This document shows positions 1 to 12,257 of a stretch of 64,000 bases of DNA, in pieces. Position 1 is the stretch's first letter; every line of letters starts with the position of its first letter. The position numbers and the translations under genes were made by a program. Under the pieces are notes generated by a model that saw only the letters and a list, made by a program, of their open reading frames with translations, made no database searches and had not been told where the DNA came from. The stretch covers positions 152,520,001 through 152,584,000 of the forward strand of contig OX597814.1 in the NCBI GenBank assembly GCA_951406725.2, given 5' to 3'. The DNA comes from Octopus vulgaris. Lineage: Eukaryota.

Positions 1-30
1 CCAAGATGAAAGATAAATATGTCTACTTAC

Positions 31-197
31 AAGTTCACCAAAGACAGGTCCCGATGCCACCATCCATTGGACTTCTAACTCAAAAGCACATTTGGAATGG
101 AAACCCGAACTATATTTTGCTCTTGCCCATTCTACACGGTCACTCTTTTTGCCAGGATCAACATCCACATTACAAAATTTATAGATTTCATTTTTAA
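31..197 (-). CDS. DEPDC5: DEPDC5 C-terminal-domain exon KNEIYKFCNVDVDPGKKSDRVEWARAKY...AFELEVQWMVASGPVFGEL
   Basis: DVD....DR.EW and AFE....WM motifs; CAG/GTAAGT, 167 nt, phase 1-0; gene continues past the window start. Confidence 0.95.
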
Positions 198-284
198 CTG
201 AAATGAATTGAAAAAGACAAAAATAAAGAAACAAAAACAAAAAGAAACAACTTATAAGTAACATTTAAAAATATGATAGAGTTC

Positions 285-490
285 TTTCTAATTTTGGCAC
301 AAGACCAGCAATTTTGAGACATAGAGAAAGTCAATTACATCAACTCCTATACACAACTGATACTTTATTTTATCAATCCCAAAAGGATGAAATGCAAAGT
401 TGACCTCAGTAGGATTTGAAATCAGAACAAAAAGAGCCAGAGTCTAAGCATTTTGTCTGAGGTGCTAATGATTCTGCCAGCTCACCTGTA
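285..490 (-). mobile_element. tRNA-derived SINE, family B
   Basis: Head GGTGAGCTGGCAGAATC...GTTC.GATTTCAAAT; repeated at 3613, 11030, 32565, 49895, 55095, 61345. Confidence 0.8.
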
Positions 491-924
491 TTAATAATAC
501 AGGTGAAAAAAAAGCTGGAATAAGTTGAAGTTGAAGTGAAGCGATAGTCAAAAATATTTCAACTATGATCATCCTAATTTGGTGTGTTTGAGTGTTTAAA
601 TATGTTAGAGTATGATTTGAGGGAGATTTGGTTGTTGTTTCAAGCATGTCAAATGACCACTTAGAGGTGCTGATGGTGATGCAGTTTATCTTCAAGTCAG
701 CAATGTTCAGGTAGACAGACTAAATCCACTGCCTGGTTTTAAACTCTAACATCTGGCCATACAAGTGTCTTTAGCTTTGCTAACTCAATAACAAGTATTC
801 AGGCTAAAATGCAATCTGGGATAACTTACTCTCTTCCTTTTATCAGTTTCAAAGGTGTTAGAAAAGGTCACAAACACTGACCTTCCTCCTCTAAATCATC
901 ACCATCATCATTATTATTAACTAT

Positions 925-1140
925 TAATCAAAAAGTCCACCTTTAATATGAGGAAATTCATTATTAAAATGAGATAGAATGTATATACCTACAAGATCAG
1001 TAACTTCAGCAGAATCAGCTGATCCCATCGTAATGTCAAAAGAATTATTAGTATTTTTCTTGGTCCAGTACTCAGTGACCATTGTAATTGCTTTGATTTT
1101 ATCTATTTGAATTTTGGTTTTATTTTTTTTTATATTTATC
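925..1140 (-). mobile_element. Penelope-like element reverse transcriptase fragment
   Basis: FDITMGSADSAEVTDLVGIYIL...GGL matches the FD.TMGS.D.AEV..LVG motif of PLE RTs. Confidence 0.7.
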
Positions 1141-1669
1141 ATAATATAAATTATTAATGCTTACACTTGTAAGTAGGTATATTTTAATCAGTCTATTTTA
1201 TGATTTAGCAGTCCTTGCATGAAATTTTTTTTCTATTTTTTAGACAAATATTACCCTGACAAGACTCATTTGCCTAAATGTGAATTTTTATAAATTCACT
1301 AGTGGATATGAATTGAAACAAATTGTAGGATATATATTTGTTTTGATTATCTGTTATATTATATTATATTATGTTATATTATATTTTTTTATAGTATAAT
1401 TATATTATATTATAATCATCATTGTCATCATCGTTATTTAATCTTCGCTTTCCATGTTGACATGGGTTAGTAAATTTTTAATATGTCAATTGTATTTTTC
1501 TATTTCCTTTAATATTTAGATATTGAAATTATACCATTTTAAGCTCCAATTTTTTCTCTACTATATTGTAGTATTTAACTGAAGAACCAGTTAAAATTGG
1601 ATGTTTTCCATCCCTTTGAAGGAAATTGCTTTTTCTTTGGATTGATTATAAATACATATATATACATAT

Positions 1670-1960
1670 TCTTTTATTCTATTACTTGTTTCAGTCATTT
1701 GACTGCAGCCATGCTGGAGCACCACCATAAAGGGGTTTTAGTCAAACAAACTGACTCAAGGATGTATTCTTTGTAAGACGAGTACTTGTTCTGTTGGCCT
1801 CACCAAGCAATGGTGTGGGGGAGAAACACAGGCACACACACATAGATATATACATACATACATATATATATATATGATGGGCTTCTTTCAGTTTCCATTT
1901 ACCAAATCCACTTACAAGGCTTTGGTCAGCCCAAGGCTATAGTAAAAGACACTTGTCCAA
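1670..1960 (-). mobile_element. tRNA/CORE-type SINE, family A (octopus OR-like), partial
   Basis: Same body and tail as 13752-14152. Confidence 0.8.
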
Positions 1961-2029
1961 TGACTAACTCATAAAATTTTGTTGTTCTTTTTTTTTACAA
2001 TATTACAAATAAAAACAAATCATATTTAC

Positions 2030-2212
2030 TTTTCTTATTAGATGCTTTGTTATTGCTCCTATCCTCCTTTGGATCCGTATTTCTGGCAGCCATCGTATAA
2101 GCTGGGTAACTAGGGGCTTCTAACTGGTCATTAGCAATGGACACTTCAAGCCATTCGTTTTGAAACAAAGGGTTATAAGAAATGTTGTTACCTGATGTAC
2201 CACCCTCACCAC
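2030..2212 (-). CDS. DEPDC5: DEPDC5 exon GEGGTSGNNISYNPLFQNEWLEVSI...NKASNKK
   Basis: FQ..W.EV motif; CAG/GTAAAT, 183 nt, phase 1-1. Confidence 0.9.
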
Positions 2213-2341
2213 CTGTAAGAAAAAGAAGAGGGTGATAAATTATAAACTATAAACATCAACAAACTATAGATGCAATACAGACTTGTCATTTTCTTCAATA
2301 ATAAACCTGTTCCCCTTCATACTACCATAAAGCCACCTTCT

Positions 2342-2342
<1 letters not shown>

Positions 2343-2421
<79 letters not shown>
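2343..2421. repeat. (CT)n microsatellite
   Basis: Direct inspection. Confidence 0.95.
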
Positions 2422-2422
<1 letters not shown>

Positions 2423-2671
2423 TGCAGTCAAAGAAGCTCTTCAGATTTGCAAGTTACAAAGCAACCTCACTAACTTAGTGTCACAAAAAAAAAAAGCACC
2501 CAATACCCGCTTACTTAAATTCTTTCCATTATACATTAGTCTGGACTGAACAATAGATATAACTTCCTTCCAGTCACATCATCCCGAAAATGGCCATGCA
2601 CTTGATTGAAGGGGTAGGGAAAGGGTAACATTAAGTTCTCATTTACAATGTAAATCCCTACATTATTAGAC

Positions 2672-2822
2672 TTAACCCTTTGCCTGTCTTATGCATCACA
2701 TGTATTACGTAGGACATATTTCCCTGGTGTCCATGCATCATACATGATGCACATTTCCAGTTTTCTGAACCACTGAGTGACTTGGGACTTATGAAAGGAA
2801 AACTAAATTACTCAGAATGTAT
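2672..2822 (+). mobile_element. piggyBac-type MITE (family 2), left part, interrupted by an RTE fragment
   Basis: TTAA-CCCTTTG start; similar to the complete copy at 7868-8113. Confidence 0.6.
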
Positions 2823-3142
2823 GAGAAGACCCGGCAAGCCAAATGAGAACATTACCTCGTGGCCTATGCCAGGGGCTTAACCAGCCCACTTATGCGTACC
2901 TTTTCCTTCTTTGGACACTAAACTCTGCTTGTGAAGACCTGTTGAGACAAGTGAAATCAAAATCAAATTCGATGACTGGCATCCGTGCTAGTGGGGTGCA
3001 AAGAGCACCATATGAGTGTGATCGTTGACAGAGCGGCTAACCGGCTTCCGTGCCAGTGGCACATAAAAGGCACCTTTCGATTGTGATCATTACCAGCATC
3101 GCCTTACTGGCACTTATGCCCATGCTAGTAGGGTGCTAAGAG
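2820..3142 (+). mobile_element. RTE LINE fragment: ORF end (EKTRQAK*) plus part of the 3' UTR
   Basis: Matches 33935-34330 of the longer RTE copy. Confidence 0.75.
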
Positions 3143-3221
3143 CTAAAACCTAGAAGGAAAATTGAATATTACAATAAAATAAATATGATAAATAAGAGTA
3201 AAACTTCTGTAACTTAAGTAC

Positions 3222-3318
3222 CTTCTTTGTTGACTATAAAGTAGAAAAGGAATCCAAAGACAAAATTGTGATGAATATTTCCAGATGAATGACATATGAG
3301 TTGTTTCTCAACAAAAGA
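3222..3318 (-). CDS. DEPDC5: DEPDC5 DEP-domain exon SFVEKQLICHSSGNIHHNFVFGFLFYFIVNKE
   Basis: LI.H.SG and F..GF.FY motifs; CAG/GTACTT, 97 nt, phase 0-1. Confidence 0.94.
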
Positions 3319-3612
3319 CTGAAAATAAACAAAAAACAAATTGGTAAATATTTCACATATGTCCAAGAACATAATAGCAAATCAATTTTTTTCAGATAAC
3401 ACACAGACACACACACACACACAAATGTGATTATTACATGTCTCTATCAACAATAGATCAACACTATTTTATCTTGCATAAACCTCTAATATATTAAATA
3501 TAAAATCAACATCGAAATAAATTTCAATGACATAACAAAAAACACTAATAATAAACAAACATAAAACATTGTTCTTCTGTAATATGTCATATATACTTTA
3601 TACTTTATGACA

Positions 3613-3825
3613 TGGGGCTAAACACAGAGGAGACAAACAAGGACAGACAAAGGAAGTAAGTCGATTACATTGATCCCAGTGTGAAACTGGTACTTTATTT
3701 ATCGACCCCGAAAGGATGAGAGGCAAAGTCGACCTTGGCGGAATTTGAACTCAGAACGTAACGACAGACGAAATACCACTAAGCATTTCGCCCGGCGTGC
3801 TAACGTTTCTGCCAGCTTGCCGCCT
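3613..3825 (-). mobile_element. tRNA-derived SINE, family B (CpG-rich, well preserved)
   Basis: GGCGGCAAGCTGGCAGAAACGTTAGC A-box-like head and GAGTTCAAATTCC B box. Confidence 0.85.
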
Positions 3826-4338
3826 TTATGACATGTCATATATACACAATCATACATTCTGTAGTTTGCTCAGTGTATCTAAGTAGTATATTCTTCTACT
3901 TCCTTCTCTCTCTCTCAGTAACAGCATCCCTCTCTTTCTTTCTACTTCTTTTTCTCTCTCTGTTGGTTGTGGCATATCTCTCTTTAGCTACATTTTTCAT
4001 TGCCACTCTTTCAACCACCCTGCACTTTCTTCTTTCTCTTTACACTCACTGTTCTGCTTTTTTCCAGTCACCAAAACACACACACACACACATAAAAGAA
4101 TTTATATGATTCTTAAATATAGCATCTTTGAGTACATAGTAAATCCCATGGTATTCCAAGCTAACTTAAGTGATATATATATATAATGAAACAAGCAAAT
4201 ATGAGACAAAGAGATCGTATGTTAGGTAACCAAATATAGTGTACTGAACAATTCCACAACCAGATATTCTTTACAATACTCATATTTAACAATCAAACAA
4301 TCTTCAGCTTATCTCAAGAGACACAAATGCATATATGA

Positions 4339-4379
<41 letters not shown>

Positions 4380-4380
<1 letters not shown>

Positions 4381-4625
4381 AGGCACCTGGCTTAGTGGTT
4401 AGGGTGTCAGCATCATGATCGTAAGATTGTGGTTTCAATTCCTGGACTGGGTGACGCATTGTGTTCTTGAGCAAAACACTTCATTTCACATTGCTCCAGT
4501 CCACTCAGCTGGCAAAAATGAGTAATGCTCCGATGGACTGGCGTCCCATCCAGCTGGGGGAACACTTACACCATTGAAACCAGGAAACCAGGCCCATGAG
4601 CCTGGCTAGGCTTTAAAAGGGTGCA
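4380..4625 (+). mobile_element. tRNA-derived SINE, family C (MetaSINE-like core)
   Basis: TGGCTTAGTGG A box, B-box-like GGTTTCAATTCC, core GTGTTCTTGAGCAAAACACTT...CACTCAGCTG; copies at 19590, 21685, 52318. Confidence 0.75.
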
Positions 4626-4646
4626 TTTATATTTTATATATATATA

Positions 4647-5110
4647 CAGGGTAGACTAAAAGTAGGTTTACAATTATCACATAGGCACTTTAAATTTCTT
4701 TTTAAACATTTTATTACATTTAAATTTCTATCTTAAAATCATATTGTTTATGCACATCTTAAACAGGCAATGTTTAATCTCTCAGATTCTCAAAATGTCC
4801 TCCTCTAACATTGCAACATTCTTCAAACTTCTGACACACAGTGCAGTACAAATTCCAATCGCCATCAATTTCAATGAATGCGTCACAAATGTAATCTTGT
4901 AATTCATTTAATGTTTTGGGATTCTACTCATAAATCTTGTTCTATACAAAACCCCCAAAAAAGAAATCCATTGGTGTCAGATCAGGTGAATGTGATTGTT
5001 TTTCGATGCTGCCCTGTCTTCCAAACCAACGCTGTGGAAAGACTTGTTTAAGGTAGTCTCTTACTGTCAACACTGTCAACACTGGCGCCATGGTGCAATG
5101 GTTGAAAACA
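4647..5110 (-). mobile_element. Tc1/mariner-superfamily (Tc3/maT-like) transposon relic, one end
   Basis: TA-CAGGGT terminus; minus-strand FPQRWFGR...SPDLTPMDFF motif with stops and frameshifts. Confidence 0.7.
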
Positions 5111-6125
5111 ACTGGTCTAGTAGATGTAATGAATGTAGAATAGATAAATTTTTAGTCAAGTATAAAAGTGCTGTGTGTTGAGAAACAAGGTATCTGTGAT
5201 ACTTGTACATAAAAAAATAAAACTGTATTCTATCTATCTATTTTAACTATACTTCACACAAGCCAATGAAGAATTGTTGTCGTCAACATCATTGCCATCA
5301 CTGCCGTCATTGCTATCGTCATCACCACCACCACCACCAACACCACTACCACTATTTAACATCTGTGTTCCATGCTGGAATGGTTTAGATGTTTCAACAG
5401 GACCTGATTAGCCTGAGGGCTGTGTTGGTCTCCATTGTCTGTTTTGACAAGATTTCTATGGCTGAATGCCTTTCCTAATTTCAACTGCTTCACAGAGTGT
5501 ACTGAGTGCTTTTTTCATGGCACCAGTACTAGTGGGATTACCAAGTAACATGCAAGGCAAGACTCCTTCACAAAGTGGGAGTGCAATATTTAGTGGGGTA
5601 GCATTACACCAGATGTAGAAAGGTTGAAGTAGAAAAGAGGGACAGGAGGAGGTGTCTTGCTGTAGAGGAAATACATGGGCACCCCAGCAGGAATGGGATA
5701 AAGGATGGTGGCAAAGTGTACCCTCAAGATCCAAAAAAGATTCATAGAGAAAGAATAAGAAGTGGGTGGGGGTAAAAACCCAAACTCCCTCCAACCATAA
5801 CCTAATGGCTTAAAAAGTAAGGACCTGGAGAAAATACCATCTCAAAAAAAAAAAAAACCAGGGTAATAATGGTTGGATCACATTCAATCATAGGTGAACT
5901 GGATCAGAGCTAATAGGGTTAAAAAACAACAACTATTATCTCTATAGTTTTGCAATATTTTCTTCAATGTAATCATTCATTTGGTTTATGATTTCATCAC
6001 CAGTAAATCTGTTACACCAGTTGCAAATAGTATGAACACACTAACCGAATGGTACAAAAGCTGGAAAACAAAAGTAAAGGAATAAAAATGAAATAAAAAG
6101 AATATGAAGAAAAATAAGACAATAC

Positions 6126-6258
6126 CTGAAGTAGGGCAATAGCCTGTTCTAAAGTTTCTATATTAGGCAACCAATGTAAGCACCAAGTGACAGCTTCTGC
6201 TGATATAAAGCAGTTCATTTGTAAACCCTCGTGTTTCGTTAAGAAAGGAATCCCAGTT
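6126..6258 (-). CDS. DEPDC5: DEPDC5 DEP-domain exon TGIPFLTKHEGLQMNCFISAEAVTWCLHWLPNIETLEQAIALLQ
   Basis: DEP motif CFISAE.V.W; CAG/GTATT, 133 nt, phase 2-0. Confidence 0.96.
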
Positions 6259-6329
6259 CTGAAACAAATGAAGATATAAAATATTATCAAGAGAAACAAA
6301 CAGTAGAGCTTTAAAAAAGATAGATACAA

Positions 6330-6486
6330 GTATGGCTGTATGGTAAGAAGTTTGCTTCCCAACCACATGGTTCTGGGTTCAGTCCCACTGAGTGGCACCA
6401 TGGGCAAGTGTCTTCTACTTTAGATTCATGCTGACCAAAACTGTGCAAGTAGATTTGATAGATGGAAACTTAAAGAAGCCCATCAT

Positions 6487-6490
<4 letters not shown>
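6330..6490 (+). mobile_element. SINE family A, 5' half
   Basis: TGGCTGTATGGTAAG...GGTTCAGTCCC head plus GGGCAAGTGTCTTCTAC core. Confidence 0.75.
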
Positions 6491-6533
<43 letters not shown>

Positions 6534-7044
6534 GGTGTGTGTGTTTGTATGCCACCATTCCTTTACGACCAGTATTGGAGTATTTAATAATAAATAAATG
6601 CGCCCTTTTAAAGCCTAGCCAGACTCAATACCAGAAAAATGATAGGTTTGTTATGGATGCTTTTGTTCATAGATCTGTTCAAGACTGGCTAACTTCGGTG
6701 TGGGTGTTAGAAAACAACAATGATGACCACTAACCAGGAGGCATGCTATGTCTTATGTCTTCAACTGCTAACATAACAACTTGGTCTTCTTTGAGTTAAC
6801 AAGCAATGAGTAGCCTTCTCCAAAAATTATAGAACTCCCTCACCTCACCTCTATTATATAACATCCCACTACATCTTACACACAGCACATCATCCCATCT
6901 TTGCTCCCCAGAACCATCCACTTTTTACTTAGAGAAATTCGAGTTAAGAATCAATTGCAACAATCTCACCAGTTTGAGAAGGCAGGCATAGATTATGGCC
7001 ACTGCTTTTCTATATAATGAAAATATATGAAAACATAATCTTAC

Positions 7045-7119
7045 TTGGGATCTAACATGGCTTGGAGGATCTTTGTTGGACTAGAGTCTGCAGAAACTCT
7101 CTCTTGGTTAGTCAGGCAA
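7045..7119 (-). CDS. DEPDC5: DEPDC5 exon CLTNQERVSADSSPTKILQAMLDP
   Basis: IL.AM..P lead-in to the DEP domain; CAG/GTAAGA, 75 nt, phase 2-2. Confidence 0.9.
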
Positions 7120-7867
7120 CTGCATAAGAATAATAATGAGAAGCATAAAAATACAGAATTAAATATTTCATTTGTATATGACATATAGTAAACATTAACA
7201 TAATAAGATGCAGTGAAACATTAACATAATGAGATGCAGTGAAACTATGTAGATAGCCAGGTTGTAGAAGTGCAAAGAAATTTTTGATGTTTCATAGTAG
7301 ATAATACAATTGAAAAATAAACAATATTGGAGGTGGCAGGCTTTCTATATTTTTACACGGTCAACATGCCACTTCCACAAAACTAGTGTTCCAGTTTTAA
7401 AAGGTGTTCTCAGATTAAATCCCTTTGTACAGCTCCAAAATATCAAATATTCTTTTAAACAATTTTGGCAGGATGATTATTTAAATGACAATTATGATAA
7501 TTTTCCTTGTGTTGCTCTTGGCAATTTTTGTAGAAAACCTAAAATAGAATGGTTGCATACAGAAAACATACTTTTGAATCAGTGCCTTATGCATTTTAAC
7601 AATTCTTGCATTTTCACATAAAACTTGCAATAAATTTTAATTCAAAATGTTAAATTAAAAAGTCGTTTGTGTTTAGCTAAGTCGTCTGTCTCTCAATTAA
7701 CATGTAATTTATATCATATTTGATACAATATGCAATGAAAAAAATCACAAGCCACAATATTTTATCTAAGAAGATGCCTACATCATGCATCTTTTGAGTA
7801 GCAAGACTTAAAATCTCATAAATTAACCCTGACAATATTAGACTGATGGATATAGTAGATCAGTCAT

Positions 7868-8113
7868 TTAACCCTTTTAATCTGTCATGTGTATCAAATG
7901 AGATATATAAGGCATATTCCCCCAGCATTCATGCATCATATATGATAAACATTCCCAATTTTTTTTTCAAGTATCAGAGTAACTTGGGACTTATGAGAGG
8001 AAAATTTTGTCATCTTCAGAACATATGAAACAAGGGCTAACTTAAAAGTCTGAAAACAAGCATGGACATCAAAGTCGAATTCATGAAAATAATTTGGACA
8101 GGCAATGGGTTAA
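7868..8113 (+). mobile_element. piggyBac-type MITE (family 2)
   Basis: TTAA-CCC...GGG-TTAA ends, about 240 bp, non-coding. Confidence 0.65.
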
Positions 8114-8947
8114 AAAAATTGTGCTTAAAGTACTTTGTATTTATAAGCTTCTAAAAATTCAATATCACTGTTTTGCAATGTTAGTTCTACAATATAAACT
8201 CTTTTAGTGTGTTATCATTAAAAGTAAAAAGAGAACACATAGTTGCTACTTAGCCTCAGATCTGACCTAATTAAGCAGACCTAGCAACAAAAATGCTCCA
8301 AATAGCAGTGTATGTAGGAGCACATTATCTAATGTACCCTTCTGTTTTTAAATCAATAGGGTGTGATGAAAGGAAAATCTGAATGCTATTAGTAGTAAGC
8401 TACAGCTCCTTAGGTTGATGCTAAGTTTAAGATGGAAAAAAGAGAGGGTATGACATTTTGAGCATGACTTTTCTTCAGAAAGAGGAAAGGTCCAGAGAGA
8501 AGAAACAGAATAGTTTGGGAAAATCATGTATGTGGTTACGTGGTTGTGTGTGTGTGAGAGAGTATATATATATATATGCATGTGTGTCATAGTTTAGTTG
8601 AATATAAAAACTTAGCTTAGACCAGGAAGTTAGAAAGTGGAAGGCACAGACCTTGCCAGGGATCAACAGAAAGGTCTGCTGTACAGAAGCAACAGAAAGT
8701 TACTAGGAGTTGATGGAGAGCGGGGAAGAGTCAAAAAGAATTTAGGGTTTAACAATGTTCAATAATTTGAGTTTCAATGATGCAGGAAAGCTGGTGAAGC
8801 CAAAGCAGTTTTCCCATGTCCCAAAGGTATAACTTAGCACTTTTCCCAAGTCATGAATATATGAACATTGTGGAGAAAATACTTTTTATTTCCTCCACTA
8901 ATTTCTGACAATCATATTTTACAGAGAGCATGATTGGATGGGTGGGT

Positions 8948-10341
8948 AATAATAATAATAATAATAATAATTGTGTACAGTGCTCAGGTGCACTACAACT
9001 CATCTAAAGTGTATATATAATCAGGTGTAGTTTCGGCGGATTTCGGAAAGCATGAGGGCCTTAAAGGATGCAGTGTCATGGCAGTCAACAACTGACGCAG
9101 ACAGTTTATTCCATGCTTCAGCAACTCTGAGCGTGAAAAAATGTTTCCGAAAGTCATGGGAGCTGTGTTGTTTTCTGACTTTGTAGGCATGTCCACGTGT
9201 GTTAGACACATGGAGATCAAAAAGGTGTTCAGTGTTGTTGTTGGTGAGGTGGTTGATAACCTTGTGGGTGTTTACCAAGTCCGTCGCCAGACGCCGGAGC
9301 TTCAGTGAATCCATGCCCAGGGAAACAAGGCGCTCAGAATATGATAGGTGTCTGATGGAGGGTATGCGTTTGGTTGCACGTCTCTGGACAGATTCCAGGA
9401 GGTCAATGTTCTGAGCAAGATAGGGATTCCAAACTGATGATGCGAATTCCAAGTGTGGTCGTACCATAGCTGTATACAGTTTTAAATAGATGGCTGGAGA
9501 GCGGCTAACAAAAGTCCTGCTGAGTGATGCCAAGACACCCTCGGCCTTCTTGACAATTTTAGAGATATGCTTTGTCCAACACAAATCACTGCTGACAGTG
9601 ATGCCTAGGTCACGCTCGCAAGAGGATTTCTTGATATCAGTGTTGTGGAGGGAGTATGTGGACGCAGGGTTTTTTCTCCCAAAATGCATGGTGGTACACT
9701 TGTCCACAGCCAGTTTCAGTTGCCAGTCTGTGATCCATTGCTGCATTGTGTCTAGGTCTAATTGCAGGAAAGAGTTGTAGACATCAGGATCAGTCCTCTT
9801 GATTTCAAGGTACAGCTTGATGTCGTCTGCATATTTCAATACTGTGGCATTCTTTAAATTGGCATCTATGTCATTAATGTATGCCACAAACAGGAGGGGA
9901 CCAAGGACAGATCCCTGTGGTACACCCGATGACATCTCATATGGTGTAGAGTGCTGTCCTAGAACTGTGACTACCTTCTTTCGGCTGAGGATGAAGGATT
10001 TCAACCAGTTAAAAAGGTCATCCCCCACACCCATTGCAGAGAGTTTCACCATAAGCCTTTTGTGTAGCACAGAGTTGAAAGCCTTAGCAAAGTCAAGGTA
10101 GACAACATCCACCCATGAGCCACTGTCAGTGATCTGAGTAATGTCCTCAAGGAACTCGACAAGCTGGTCACTGCAGCTGGAGTTAGGGACAAATCCATAT
10201 TGTGAGGGTCGGATGAGACTGTGAGAGCTCCAGAAGTTCCAGAGTGTTTCTCTGACACACGATTCCATCAGTTTTGCAATACAGCTAGTGAGACTGACTG
10301 GGCGATAGTTGACAGGTGATGTGCGGTCACCCTTTTTGAAC
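8948..10341 (-). mobile_element. 5'-truncated CR1-group LINE with an uninterrupted RT/C-terminal ORF and (TTA)n tail
   Basis: FKKGDR..P.NYRPVSLTS, VDVVYLDFAKAF, SGVPQGSVLGPLLF, YADD, ERDLG, RPHLEFA..VWNP, FF..RV...WN.L; stop at 9021; (AAT)n at 8948-8970. Confidence 0.95.
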
Positions 10342-10737
10342 GTTGATGAAGACTCTGTAAGCCTGCAATGGGCTGGAGAGATTCAAAAGTTTGGGAAACA
10401 CTGACCACGAGCTATTACTGCAAACAATATTAAACATATATGTCAAAACACAATATACAAAGACGTGCTGAAAAGCTACTGGCTTGGTAAAAGAAAATAC
10501 AGGAGGATCTGTTAATTATGATTTTATTCAACATATTCCTTTTTCAGATTCACATACTTATTATAGTGGTCCTTTAGTTTTTATAAGCCCTGTAAAAGAA
10601 CTCGGAAGGTGGGCCACCAGCCAGGACTTTCGTGATACCCTTAAAGCCAGGAACTTTTTGGCACCTCCTCATACAACTTAACATATCAAATATCTATATA
10701 TAAATATACTCAATTGAACAGTTTCAAAAATACTAAC

Positions 10738-10949
10738 CTATCAATGGCTGGGTTTGACCCAGCTGTAACTGGTGCGGAGCTTTCTCCAGTTGAAGTTGAC
10801 GTTATCACAGACGATGAGGCTCCTCCTGCACCTGAAGCTGATGCTGAAGCTGCCGCTGCAGCAGCGGCAGCACTCTGAGCAGCTGCATTCTGAGCAGCAG
10901 CATTGGTTGCTGCTGTTATCGATGCACTTTGCACAAGTGGATTAGATGC
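10738..10949 (-). CDS. DEPDC5: DEPDC5 Ala/Ser-rich linker exon ASNPLVQSASITAATNAAAQ...GSNPAID
   Basis: CAG/GTTAGT, 212 nt, phase 0-2 bridging the flanking exons; mixed Ala codons. Confidence 0.88.
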
Positions 10950-11029
10950 CTGCAAGAAATATGTAGACAGTATTAAAACTATGCTAAATAAAATTATACT
11001 AAACAGTCACACATTAACACTATTTGTCC

Positions 11030-11290
11030 TTTTCAAATTTTGGCACAAGGCCAGCAATTTTGGGGAAGGGGAATAATCAATTACATCAACAATCAATAAT
11101 CAATAATCAATTACATCATCATGATGATGATGATCAACCCCAGTGCTCAACCGGTACTTATTTTATCAATCCCAAAAGGAAGAAAGGCAAAGTCAACCTT
11201 GGTGGAATTTGAACTCAGAATATAAAGTCAGACAAAATGCTATTATCATTTTACTCAGTATGCTAACAACTCTGCCAGCTTACTACCTTA
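11030..11290 (-). mobile_element. SINE family B with an internal low-complexity insert
   Basis: Similarity to the other family B copies. Confidence 0.75.
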
Positions 11291-11389
11291 TATGCCCTGT
11301 GATATTGCCATGTACCAATACTACTATAACAATATCCCATGATACTGTCATGTATCAAGACTGTTATGATAATCTTCCTGATATCAATA

Positions 11390-11640
11390 CATCATCATCA
11401 TCATCGTTTAATGTCCGCTTTCCATGCTAGCATGGGTTGGACAATTTGACTGAGGTCTGGCAAACCAGATGGCTGCACCAGACTCTAATCTGATCTGGCA
11501 GAGTTTCTACAGCTGGATGCCCTTCCTAACACCAACCACTCCAAGAGTGTAGTGGGTGCTTTTACGTGCCACCGGCATAAAGGCCAGCCAGGCAGTACTG
11601 GCAACGGCCACACTCAAATGGTGCTTTTTATGTGCCACCT
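11390..11640 (-). mobile_element. RTE LINE 3' end with (GAT)n tail
   Basis: CTGGATGCCCTTCCTAAC motif and tail as at 39303-39480. Confidence 0.85.
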
Positions 11641-12127
11641 GTATAGGAGATGATAATATCTTGTGATATTATTACATGTCAACACTACCATGATAGTGTC
11701 TTCCGATATTATCACATATTAATACTGTTATTACAGAAGCACTATTAATATCAAAAGGCAATCTTGATATCCAACTTAATGTAGATATAAAGGTTACTTT
11801 TTAGCATTAATACTGCTTTTGCCATTAATAATTATTTCTTGATAAACCTGCTGGCTAGAGGACTATCAAGCTCCAATGTCTTCTTGGGCATGGTGTCCAA
11901 GGCTAGATCCCTTGGGAGCTTTTTTTTTTTTTTTCATGGAATTGGCACTAATAAGGTTGTGAAGTAACTCACGAAACTAAATAAAAAGATCCCACAATTA
12001 ACTAGCGGTGTAGTAGAGAATTGTAAATTTGGAACGAGAATAATACTTTTTATTTCCTACTTGTAGGCAGCATACCACTGAAGCTTCAAAGTTTCATTAA
12101 TTAAGAAAAGTGATGTAAGGAACAAAC

Positions 12128-12257
12128 CTTAGTATTTCTCCGATTATGCTGAGTTCGTTTGATTTTATTCAGAGATTCAGCAAAGCGAATAAATCCGTTA
12201 ATATATATCAGGAAATTAATTGGGACATCTTCATATATGTCACATTTGGGTTCAGAA
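12128..12257 (-). CDS. DEPDC5: DEPDC5 exon SEPKCDIYEDVPINFLIYINGFIRFAESLNKIKRTQHNRRNTK (end of SHEN)
   Basis: CDIY and GF.RF.E.LN.I.R motifs; TAG/GTTTGT, 130 nt, phase 2-0. Confidence 0.94.

Noticed and set aside
4380-4460. tRNA-like sequences with A and B boxes (also near 3740-3825, 14080-14152, 19860-19940, 52320-52390)
   Set aside because: Heads of multi-copy SINEs followed by shared bodies; no complete cloverleaf
7189-7245. Short tandem duplication of about 26 bp (and one of about 35 bp at 32438-32520)
   Set aside because: Ordinary slippage-type duplications with no sign of function
7310-7621. 103-aa plus-strand ORF
   Set aside because: No recognisable motif or splice context; possibly a decayed transposon but not assignable
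9199-10101. Plus-strand ORFs of 71-100 aa
   Set aside because: Antisense shadows of the CR1 RT ORF
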